Origin: Bacteroidales bacterium
GTDB lineage: Bacteria > Bacteroidota > Bacteroidia > Bacteroidales > UBA12077
Direction: 5' to 3'
Length of the DNA stretch: 58,276 nucleotides
Assembly: GCA_022360575.1 (NCBI GenBank)
Contig: JAKSCO010000207.1
Coordinates: forward strand, 1-58,276
The notes under the pieces are model-generated. The model was not told where the DNA came from. It searched no databases and saw only the letters and a program-made list of their open reading frames with translations. Of this stretch, positions 21,472 to 30,055 are shown one piece after another. Made by a program: the position numbers and the translations under genes. Position 1 is the stretch's first letter; each line of letters starts with the position of its first letter.

Positions 21472-21502
21472 GAGAAGGCTCTTTACAGAGGAGCCTCTTC
21501 TT
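21472..21502. terminator. Probable bidirectional terminator between glmS and ispG
   Basis: AGGCTC/GAGCCT stem between convergent genes. Confidence 0.5.
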
Positions 21503-21519
21503 ATATTTTTCTTAATAGT

Positions 21520-23379
21520 TTATGAAGGTATTTCAATCCAGTCATTATATTTTTTTATTAGTTTTATAAGTTCCTCAACAGCTTTTTCTTCAGGAATATT
21601 TTTCTTAACAACTTCCTTTTTTTTATATAAAGTAATTCTCCCCGGTCCGGCACCAACATAGCCATAGTCGGCATCAGCCATTTCTCCTGGTCCATTTACG
21701 ATACATCCCATGATACCAATTTTTAAGTTTTTTAGATGAGATGTTTTTTCTCGTATTTTCTTTGTTGTTTTCTGTAAATCAAAAAGAGTCCGACCACAAC
21801 TTGGGCATGATATATACTCTGTTTTTGACATACGAACACGGCTAGCTTGTAGAATTCCGAAACAAGTACTGGCAATTTTATCTTCTTCTATATTTCCTGT
21901 ATTTTCAATCCATATTCCATCTCCTAATCCATCTAAGAATAAACCACCCAAATCACATGATGATTTTAGTTGTAAATCTTCTAAAATATTCTCATTATAA
22001 TTAGCTTTTATAATTACAGGATTCTTACACTCTAAATTCTTCAATTTTAAAAAAGCAGCTCTAAAATCAGCAAATAAATTCTTATTGGAACCCTCTAATA
22101 CTAAAACTAGATTTTTGAGATCTTTTATTTTTAATATAGATTCTTCATTTAATGAATCGTTGTTTATAATTAAAAAGTTTAGAATAGGAGATTTTTCTTG
22201 ATTTAAAAAACTATTTAGCGATAAAAATAGAGGATATATACTATTAGAAATATCCTTATCCGATTGGATGTTCCATACTTCTTCTGAAACAATATTTTTG
22301 AATTGTTCAGATATTTTTTGTTTGTCTTCTACGTATACAAAGTCTGAATTAATTCTTGATGATGTTGAACGAGAAATAACTATAGGAAGGTTATTTTCGC
22401 CAATGTTAAGAATCTTACTTGTTTCTCTCTTTGTGTACTCAAAGAAATCTAAACTTTCTGAATTTACAGGTTTAATTTTTTCATGATTCGATTTACTGGA
22501 TATGTAATTAATTAATTTCCTTGCAACAGGGATTTCTTTTTCTGGAGCCTCGGTTAATGACACACGAATAGTGTCACCTATTCCGTCTGATAATAGAGTT
22601 CCTATTCCTACAGCTGATTTTATCCGCCCATCTTCACCTTCTCCAGCTTCTGTTACACCTAAATGCAAAGGAAAATTCATTCCTTCCTTTCTCATTTTTA
22701 CTAACATCAGACGGTTGGCTTGAACCATAATACGCGTATTGCTCGATTTTAAAGAAACAATAATATTTGAAAATTTTTCTCGTATACAAATTCGAAGGAA
22801 TTCCATTGCTGATTCAACCATTCCTTCGGGGGTATCTCCGTATTTATTCATGATTCGATCAGAGAGAGAGCCGTGATTAACACCGATTCTAAGGGCGGTA
22901 TTATGTTTCTTGCAAATGGATAATAATGTTATTAGCTTATTTTCTATTTTCTTTATTTCTTGTATATATTCTTCTAAGTTAAGGTTGAGATCTGAAAAAT
23001 TAGCACGTTTGTCAACAAAATTACCAGGATTAATACGTACTTTTTCAACATGTTTAGCTGCAATAAAGGCTGCTTTAGGATTGAAATGAATATCAGCAGC
23101 TAGTGGAAGTTTAAATCCTTGATTTCTGAGTTCTTTTTTTATGTTATATAAGTTTTCTGCTTCTCGTGTACCTTGAGCGGTGATTCTTACCAGTTGCCCT
23201 CCAGCTTCGATGATTTGTTTTGATTGATTAACTGTTTCTTCAGTATTTAAAGTGTCTGTATTGGTCATTGATTGGATGCAAATCTTATGTTTACTTCCTA
23301 TATTGACACTTCCAATTGTTACTGTTTTAGTTTCTAGACGATTATATTTAAATAGATTAATGTATTCTTTGTATTTCAT
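21520..23379 (-). CDS. ispG: (E)-4-hydroxy-3-methylbut-2-enyl-diphosphate synthase, long form
   Basis: IQSMTNT, ADIHF, RINPGN, RIGVNHGSLS, HLGVTEAG, GDTIRVSL, SCPSCGR and MGCIVNGPGE, with a central insertion domain. Confidence 0.97.
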   Translation of the reverse strand: MKYKEYINLFKYNRLETKTVTIGSVNIGSKHKICIQSMTNTDTLNTEETVNQSKQIIEAGGQLVRITAQGTREAENLYNIKKELRNQGFKLPLAADIHFNPKAAFIAAKHVEKVRINPGNFVDKRANFSDLNLNLEEYIQEIKKIENKLITLLSICKKHNTALRIGVNHGSLSDRIMNKYGDTPEGMVESAMEFLRICIREKFSNIIVSLKSSNTRIMVQANRLMLVKMRKEGMNFPLHLGVTEAGEGEDGRIKSAVGIGTLLSDGIGDTIRVSLTEAPEKEIPVARKLINYISSKSNHEKIKPVNSESLDFFEYTKRETSKILNIGENNLPIVISRSTSSRINSDFVYVEDKQKISEQFKNIVSEEVWNIQSDKDISNSIYPLFLSLNSFLNQEKSPILNFLIINNDSLNEESILKIKDLKNLVLVLEGSNKNLFADFRAAFLKLKNLECKNPVIIKANYNENILEDLQLKSSCDLGGLFLDGLGDGIWIENTGNIEEDKIASTCFGILQASRVRMSKTEYISCPSCGRTLFDLQKTTKKIREKTSHLKNLKIGIMGCIVNGPGEMADADYGYVGAGPGRITLYKKKEVVKKNIPEEKAVEELIKLIKKYNDWIEIPS

Positions 23380-23502
23380 TTTCTATTATATTTTATGCAA
23401 AAATCGTAAAAAATACCAATAAGGTAACAGAACTTCGAATAAAAAATTGAGAGTTGTTCCTTGTTTTGAAATTAATTATTTTCGTAAACAAATATTTGAG
23501 AT

Positions 23503-24411
23503 ATGTCTATAAAAGTAAATAATCTGACTAAGATATATGGTAAGCAGAAAGCTTTGAATAATATTAGTTTTGAGATAAAAACAGGAGAAGTTGTTGGTTT
23601 TGTAGGACCTAATGGAGCAGGTAAATCTACTACAATGAAAATTCTTACAGGATTTGTTCCTCAAACCTCAGGGAATGTTCTAATAAATGATATGGATTTA
23701 GGTTTAAAATCACAACAGATAAGAGAGAATATAGGCTATTTGCCTGAACATAATCCTCTTTATTTGGATATGTATGTAAAAGAATATCTTGAATTTGTAT
23801 CGGGGATATATAATGTAAAGAATGTAAAGTCGAGAATTAACGAAGTTGTAAAACAAACAGGTCTAGGTTTAGAGCAAAACAAAAAGATAGGAGCTTTGTC
23901 AAAAGGTTACCGTCAAAGAGTTGGTTTAGCTCAAGCGTTAATACATGATCCTTCGATCTTAATATTAGATGAACCAACATCAGGTTTAGATCCGAATCAG
24001 ATTATTGAGATACGAAATCTGATATCAGAAGTCGGAAAAGAAAAAACAATAATGCTTTCAACTCATATAATGCAAGAAGTTGAAGCAATTTGCGATAGGA
24101 TAATTATAATAAATAAAGGACAAATTGTTGCTGATGATTCGATACAATCGATTTTTTTACACGCAAAAGATAAACTTTCTACAATAATAGTTGAGTTTGA
24201 TAAAGAAATTGAAGAATGTGAATTAAGAAAAATTAAGTATGTTGATCAAATAGCTAAGGTTGGAGATAAAAACTGGTTAATTCAAAGTTCTTCCGAAGAA
24301 GATATTCGTCAATATATATTTAATTTTGCAGTAAATTCAGGTTTAGCAGTTTTATCAATGCAGAAAAAAGAAAAGAAATTAGAAGAAGTATTCCAAGAGC
24401 TAACACAATAA
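23503..24411 (+). CDS. gldA: GldA-like ABC transporter ATP-binding subunit
   Basis: GPNGAGKST, GYLPEHNPLYLDMYVKEYL, LSKGYRQRVGLAQA and STHIMQEVEAICDR. Confidence 0.85.
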   Translation: MSIKVNNLTKIYGKQKALNNISFEIKTGEVVGFVGPNGAGKSTTMKILTGFVPQTSGNVLINDMDLGLKSQQIRENIGYLPEHNPLYLDMYVKEYLEFVSGIYNVKNVKSRINEVVKQTGLGLEQNKKIGALSKGYRQRVGLAQALIHDPSILILDEPTSGLDPNQIIEIRNLISEVGKEKTIMLSTHIMQEVEAICDRIIIINKGQIVADDSIQSIFLHAKDKLSTIIVEFDKEIEECELRKIKYVDQIAKVGDKNWLIQSSSEEDIRQYIFNFAVNSGLAVLSMQKKEKKLEEVFQELTQ

Positions 24412-24543
24412 AATATTTGAATTATTATAAGTAATTTGGGTTGAATTTAATACTTGTCTTTTAGGGAAGAATATTCGTTTTTATTAATTGATTTCTTTAC
24501 TTTTGATCATTTTAGAAATATTTACAAATTAATTAACAAAATT

Positions 24544-25809
24544 ATGGGATATTTATTCACATCTGAATCTGTCTCAGAAGGCCATCCTGATAAAATTGCT
24601 GATCAAATATCAGATGCTTTATTAGATGAATTCTTACGCCAAGACCCAGAATCTAAAGTTGCTTGTGAAACAATGGTAACTACAGGTTTGGTAGTATTAA
24701 GCGGAGAAGTTAGAACTAAAGCATACATTGATGTTCAGGAAGTTGCTCGAAGAGTTATTAAGCGAATTGGTTATACCAAGCAAGAGTATCGATTTGATTC
24801 AGAATCCTGTGGTGTAATTTCTACAATTCACGAACAATCGCCAGATATAAATCAGGGTGTTGTACGTGAAAAAGAAGAAGAACAGGGTGCTGGCGATCAA
24901 GGAATGATGTTTGGTTATGCTAGCAAAGAAACTGATGATTACATGCCTTTGGCTCTAGTTTTATCACATGTCTTATTACAAGAACTGTCTAAGATTAGGA
25001 GAGAAGGCAAAGAAATGACTTATTTGCGACCAGATTCAAAATCTCAGGTTACTATTGAATATGATGACAATAATGGACCTGTAAAAATAGATACTATTGT
25101 AGTATCTACTCAACATGATGATTTTGCTGAAGAAGAAGTAATGCTTCAGAAGATAAAAGATGACGTTAGGAACATCTTAATTCCAAGAGCAAAGATTCGT
25201 TTTCCTGAAAGAGTTCAAAAATTATTTACTGATGATTTTATTCTGCATGTAAATCCTACAGGTAAATTTGTTATTGGAGGTCCTCATGGAGATACTGGAC
25301 TAACTGGTCGAAAAATAATAGTTGATACTTATGGAGGTAAAGGAGCTCATGGAGGAGGGGCCTTTTCAGGAAAAGATTCTTCTAAAGTTGATCGTTCAGC
25401 TGCTTATGCAGCTCGTCATATTGCTAAAAATATGGTAGCAGCAGGTGTTGCTGATGAAGTTTTGGTGCAGGTTGCTTATGCTATCGGAGTTGCTGAGCCT
25501 GTTGGTTTATATATCAATACTTATGAAACATCTAAGGTGAATATGACTGACGGAGAAATTGCCAAAAAAATCAAAAAAATCTTTGATATGCGTCCTGCAG
25601 CCATTGTTAAACGATTTGGATTAAAGAATCCAATTTTTGAAGAAACAGCAGCTTATGGACACATGGGACGTGATTTTAAAGTAGAAAAGGTAACGGTATT
25701 TAAACCAGCAGACTGTTGTAGTGATACACCTGAAGAAAAAGAAGTTGAGTTTTTTGCATGGGAAAAGCTTGATTATGTTGATAAAATTAAAACTGAGTTT
25801 TCGATATAA
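24544..25809 (+). CDS. metK: S-adenosylmethionine synthetase
   Basis: [33 protein letters not shown] and [10 protein letters not shown]. The true start is ATG 24544, because a TACTTTTG -7 box at 24498 lies inside the ORF-track extension. Confidence 0.98.
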   Translation: MGYLFTSESVSEGHPDKIADQISDALLDEFLRQDPESKVACETMVTTGLVVLSGEVRTKAYIDVQEVARRVIKRIGYTKQEYRFDSESCGVISTIHEQSPDINQGVVREKEEEQGAGDQGMMFGYASKETDDYMPLALVLSHVLLQELSKIRREGKEMTYLRPDSKSQVTIEYDDNNGPVKIDTIVVSTQHDDFAEEEVMLQKIKDDVRNILIPRAKIRFPERVQKLFTDDFILHVNPTGKFVIGGPHGDTGLTGRKIIVDTYGGKGAHGGGAFSGKDSSKVDRSAAYAARHIAKNMVAAGVADEVLVQVAYAIGVAEPVGLYINTYETSKVNMTDGEIAKKIKKIFDMRPAAIVKRFGLKNPIFEETAAYGHMGRDFKVEKVTVFKPADCCSDTPEEKEVEFFAWEKLDYVDKIKTEFSI

Positions 25810-25836
25810 TTAAAATCTTAGTTTAAAAAGATAATG

Positions 25837-25871
25837 AAAGAGTTGTTAAATTTTTATAGCAACTCTTTTTT
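25837..25871 (+). terminator. Intrinsic terminator of metK
   Basis: Stem AAAGAGTTGTTA/TAGCAACTCTTT with one G-U pair, then a T-tract. Confidence 0.75.
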
Positions 25872-26090
25872 ATTGTTGTTCCTATTTAAAGATTTATAAT
25901 AGAAGAATGAATATTGGGTTCATTGTAAATTGATTAAGGTTTTGGGGTGAGGTAATTTATCATTTAGTAAAGCAATAAAGTGTTTTATCTCAAACTTTAA
26001 CAATATTAGATTCAATAATACTTTTTATAAAGTAAGAATTTTAAATTCATTTTATATAAATTTAATAATTTTAATACGAAAATTTTAAGA

Positions 26091-27200
26091 ATGAATAAAG
26101 CATTAATAACAGGAGTTACCGGACAAGATGGGGCTTATTTGTCAGAGTTTTTATTAAATAAAGGATACGAAGTACATGGGATAAAACGACGAAGCTCTTT
26201 GTTTAATACAGCTCGTATTGATCATCTTTATCAAGACCCTCATGAAGCAAATAGTCGTTTTCATCTGCATTATGGTGATTTGACAGACTCTACCAATATT
26301 ATAGGAATTATACAGAAAATACAACCCGATGAAATCTATAATCTTGCGGCACAAAGTCATGTGAAAGTGAGTTTCGAAACAGCAGAATATACAGCCAATA
26401 CTGATGCTCTTGGAACATTGAGAATCCTTGATGCTGTTAGGTTGTTGGGCTTGGTTGATAAGACAAAAGTTTATCAGGCATCAACTTCCGAATTGTACGG
26501 AATGGTTCAAGAGGTGCCTCAATCAGAAACAACACCTTTTTATCCTAGATCTCCTTATGGAGTTGCTAAGCTTTATGCTTATTGGATAACAAAAAACTAT
26601 AGAGAAGCATATAATATGTTTGCTAGTAACGGAATTCTATTTAATCATGAATCTCCTATACGAGGAGAAACTTTTGTAACTCGAAAAATTACTCGGGCAG
26701 TTGCTCGTATTATTGTAGGCTTACAAGATAAAGTATTTGTCGGAAATCTATCGGCTCAAAGAGATTGGGGACATGCTAAAGATTTTGTAGAAGCAATGTA
26801 TTTAATGTTGCAGCATTCTCGTCCCGATGATTTTGTTATTGCAACAGGAATAACTACTTCTATTCGTGATTTTATAAAAATGAGTTTCTATGAAGCTGGT
26901 GTCGAAATTGAATTCTTGGGTGAAGGAATAAATGAAATAGCTAAAGTAAAATCGTTTAATAAAGGTCTTGATTTAAAAATAGGACAAGAAGTTGTTGCTA
27001 TTGATTCAAAATATTTTAGACCAACAGAAGTTGATATGTTAATTGGAGATCCCTCAAAAGCTATGAAAGAGCTAAACTGGCAACCTAAATATGACTTAAA
27101 GTCATTAATTAAAGAAATGGTTCATAATGATATTCAACTAACAAAAAAAGAGAAATATTTAAAAGATGGAGGTTATAAGATATTAAATTACAATGAATAA
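26091..27200 (+). CDS. gmd: GDP-mannose 4,6-dehydratase
   Basis: [35 protein letters not shown] and [16 protein letters not shown]. Confidence 0.98.
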   Translation: MNKALITGVTGQDGAYLSEFLLNKGYEVHGIKRRSSLFNTARIDHLYQDPHEANSRFHLHYGDLTDSTNIIGIIQKIQPDEIYNLAAQSHVKVSFETAEYTANTDALGTLRILDAVRLLGLVDKTKVYQASTSELYGMVQEVPQSETTPFYPRSPYGVAKLYAYWITKNYREAYNMFASNGILFNHESPIRGETFVTRKITRAVARIIVGLQDKVFVGNLSAQRDWGHAKDFVEAMYLMLQHSRPDDFVIATGITTSIRDFIKMSFYEAGVEIEFLGEGINEIAKVKSFNKGLDLKIGQEVVAIDSKYFRPTEVDMLIGDPSKAMKELNWQPKYDLKSLIKEMVHNDIQLTKKEKYLKDGGYKILNYNE

Positions 27201-28278
27201 AGATAGTAGAATATACATAGCTGGTCATAAAGGTTTAGTAGGAAGTGCAATTTATGAGGTTTTATCGCAAAAGGGATATAAAAATATAATAACACGAAAT
27301 TCTTCTGAGCTTGATTTAAGAAGCCAAAAAGATACTGAGTTGTTTTTCGAAAAAGAAACTCCAGAATATGTTGTTATTGCAGCTGCAAAAGTAGGTGGTA
27401 TTATGGCTAATAATACATATAGAGCAGACTTCATTTACGATAATTTGATGATTCAGAATAATATTATAAATCAAAGTTATCAGCATAAAGTAAAAAAGCT
27501 CTTATTTCTGGGTAGTTCTTGCATATATCCAAAAAATTCGCCCCAACCCATAAAAGAACAATATTTGTTAAATTCCGAGTTGGAGTATACCAATGAACCT
27601 TACGCAATAGCTAAGATTGCAGGAATTAAAATGTGTGAAAGTTATAATCTACAGTATGATACTAATTTTGTTAGTATTATGCCAACAAACTTATATGGTA
27701 AAAATGATAATTATGATCTTGATAAATCTCACGTTCTTCCAGCTTTAATCCGAAAGTTTTATCTAGCCAAATGTTTTCATGAAAATAATATTCAACAAAT
27801 AATTGATGATTTAAAAAACAAACCAATTCAAAGTTGTAATTATGATTTAATAAAGAGTGATAATATTCCTAATATCTTAGCAAGATATGGAATCGAGAAA
27901 AATAAACAAGGAATTGTATCGGTTACTTTATGGGGAACAGGAAAACCTTTAAGAGAGTTCTTGCATGCAAAGGATATGGCTGAAGCGTCTGTTTATATAT
28001 TAGAGAATATAAATTTTAAAGATATAATTGAAGAAACATCGGAGATAAAAAATACACATATAAATATTGGAACAGGACAGGATATTACAATAAAAGAACT
28101 TGCTCAAATAGTTAAAGAAACAATTGGCTTTAAAGGTGAAATAAAATGGGATAGTTCAAAACCTGATGGGACTTATCGTAAATTATTAGATGTAACGAAA
28201 ATAAATTCATTGGGCTGGAAATATAAAATAAGTTTAAAAGAAGGAATTAGTGATATTTACAATAAATACCTTCAATAG
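27193..28278 (+). CDS. fcl: GDP-L-fucose synthase
   Basis: [38 protein letters not shown] and WGTG.P.REFLH. Overlaps gmd by 8 bp. Confidence 0.97.
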   Translation: MNKDSRIYIAGHKGLVGSAIYEVLSQKGYKNIITRNSSELDLRSQKDTELFFEKETPEYVVIAAAKVGGIMANNTYRADFIYDNLMIQNNIINQSYQHKVKKLLFLGSSCIYPKNSPQPIKEQYLLNSELEYTNEPYAIAKIAGIKMCESYNLQYDTNFVSIMPTNLYGKNDNYDLDKSHVLPALIRKFYLAKCFHENNIQQIIDDLKNKPIQSCNYDLIKSDNIPNILARYGIEKNKQGIVSVTLWGTGKPLREFLHAKDMAEASVYILENINFKDIIEETSEIKNTHINIGTGQDITIKELAQIVKETIGFKGEIKWDSSKPDGTYRKLLDVTKINSLGWKYKISLKEGISDIYNKYLQ

Positions 28279-28968
28279 ATGACTCCTGTGTTACAGAAAC
28301 ATACAATAAAATTATTATGGATAATGATTTCGTCTATAATAATTAGTCTTATTGTCTATTTATTTATCCATAAAGTATCAATAGTAGCTTGTATAGGAGT
28401 AATAGATTTTTTATTAAAAAGTTTTCTCTATTTTCTTTATCAAAATAAGAAAAAGAGAATATGTCCGAGAGTATATTGGTTTACAGGATTGTCTGGGGCA
28501 GGCAAAAGCACTCTTTCCGAACATTTTTATCAATATCTCAAAGATAAAGGAGTAAAAGTTGAGCATCTTGATGGCGATTATATTCGAAATATCTTCCCTA
28601 AAATAGGTTTTACAAAGGATCAACGTATCCAACATATAAAAAGGGTTGCCTTTCTTGCAAGTAAATTACAACAAAATGGAATTACTGTAATCGCTTCGTT
28701 TATTACTCCATATAACCAATCTCGTGATTATATTCGAGAGGTTTGTTCTAATTATATAGAAATATATGTTTCAACACCCATAGAAGAATGCGAAAGGCGC
28801 GATGTTAAAGGACTTTATAAAAAAGCTCGTCGAGGCGAAATTTCAAATTTCACAGGAATTGATGATCCTTTTGAAATCCCAAAGAATCCAGAAATAATAA
28901 TTGATACTACCAATATGGAGATAGAAGATTCGGTAAAACAAATCATAAAATTTTCTAATAAAATCTGA
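28279..28968 (+). CDS. cysC: Adenylyl-sulfate kinase with N-terminal two-helix membrane segment (DUF2061-like)
   Basis: WFTGLSGAGKST, LDGD..R, RDVKGLYKKA and FTGIDDPFE.P. The first ~55 aa are hydrophobic. Confidence 0.92.
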   Translation: MTPVLQKHTIKLLWIMISSIIISLIVYLFIHKVSIVACIGVIDFLLKSFLYFLYQNKKKRICPRVYWFTGLSGAGKSTLSEHFYQYLKDKGVKVEHLDGDYIRNIFPKIGFTKDQRIQHIKRVAFLASKLQQNGITVIASFITPYNQSRDYIREVCSNYIEIYVSTPIEECERRDVKGLYKKARRGEISNFTGIDDPFEIPKNPEIIIDTTNMEIEDSVKQIIKFSNKI

Positions 28969-29109
28969 AAATGAAATCTAGAATTTGTTCTTGAATATTT
29001 GAAACAAATAAACTTCTGATGATAATTTCGCTTAGAAAATAAATAAAAATTATAAGAGTCTGATCTCTGAGTAATCATTTTATCCATCATCTTAAAATCC
29101 ATTTTGTAT

Positions 29110-29429
29110 AAGTGTTTATCTTAATTAGATATTTGATGTTCCACGGGAAACATAGGAATTTTTCCCTTTTATTACGATCCTCTGAGTAAACGCATTTATA
29201 CCAAAAGAACATCAAAATGTATGGTAAAAAAGTTTCCTTTTACCTTATCCATTGCCAAAAAAGTAGCACGGTAACTCGGCTATCTTTTACTTTTTCGTCG
29301 CGTCTAAGACAAAAATTATTCATTTTTATAAATCTCTTCATCTTGAAATTCATTTAGGATTACTCGTGATAAGCAAATCGATCTTATGAGTTTCTTACAT
29401 ATCTTTTAATCTAAGTTTTTCATATTCAT
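29110..29429 (-). pseudogene. Possible decayed DUF6261-like gene
   Basis: The - strand from ATG 29429/29423 reads MNMKNLD*KICKKLIRSICLSRVILNEFQDEEIYKNE*FLS. Fragments RDEKVKDSRV, YRATFLAM and GINAFT follow in shifting frames and resemble the 10589/57586 N-termini by eye. A TAATTTTG -7 box lies at 29468-29475 (-). The end coordinate is approximate. Confidence 0.35.
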
Positions 29430-29528
29430 ATCTTGATGTTGAAAATATATAAATTTTAATGATGACACAAAATTATGAGCGCTCTCCCTATTTTTATTCA
29501 AAACTACTTAATGGTTAATAATGAGCAA

Positions 29529-29808
29529 CTTTAGGGTGTCGACCGACACCCTATTGATCGTTCGAGACGCCCTTTAGGTTGTTCCCAACGAGCTTTTACT
29601 AGTTAGTTAACACCCTTTTGCCTGTTAATTGACACCCTTGGGGGTGTTAGTTAACGACCTATTGGTCGTTTTACACGGGCTTTTACTAGTCGATCGACGA
29701 CCTTTAACCTGTTAATCGACCCCCTATTGGCTCTTAGTCGACAAACTATTGGACGTCTCGAACTAGTTTTCGCCAGTTAATTAAACCTTTCAGCCTGTTG
29801 TTTGCAGG
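29529..29808. repeat. Tandem array of ~13 degenerate 21-22-bp units with palindromic cores
   Basis: Units start at 29529, 29551, 29572, 29593, 29615, 29637, 29659, 29680, 29702, 29724, 29746, 29767 and 29788. Consensus CTWTW-N4-GTY-N3/4-RAC-N3. Confidence 0.8.
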
Positions 29809-29996
29809 CTATTGTTTGTTGAATGAATCTTGTTGCTTCTTTTGTAACAGGGGAATGCTTATTGAAATAAACATTTAGTTTGTTAATTGATGTCAGTTAC
29901 TTTGTTATAAAAAGAGTTTATTCAGAAATAAGGCAGACACGGTTAAATTGATAATCCAATAGATATTATTAAAATGTGTCTGTTTAAATACGATAT

Positions 29997-30030
29997 AAAA
30001 AGAGCTGCTTTAGTAAATTTAAAACAGCTC
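29997..30030 (-). terminator. Intrinsic terminator of the PBP1A gene
   Basis: Stem GAGCTGCTTTA/TAAAACAGCTC preceded by an A-run, giving a U-tract on the - strand. Confidence 0.6.
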
Positions 30031-30055
30031 ATTAAAATCGGATAAATTTCGTTAT

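Noticed and set aside
23503-24411. Orphan gldA (no gldF/gldG), mlaEF without mlaD, and a lone peptide ABC ATPase as signs of novel transporters
   Set aside because: Split ABC operons are ordinary in Bacteroidota, and the partners are probably elsewhere in the genome.
24412-24543. SAM riboswitch upstream of metK, and the 30-codon N-terminal extension in the ORF track
   Set aside because: The region is very AT-rich with no stems, and the -7 promoter box at 24498 leaves only a short leader.
28815-29102. 95-aa minus-strand ORF
   Set aside because: About half is antisense to cysC, and it has no recognisable motif. At most it is the tail of the decayed gene upstream.
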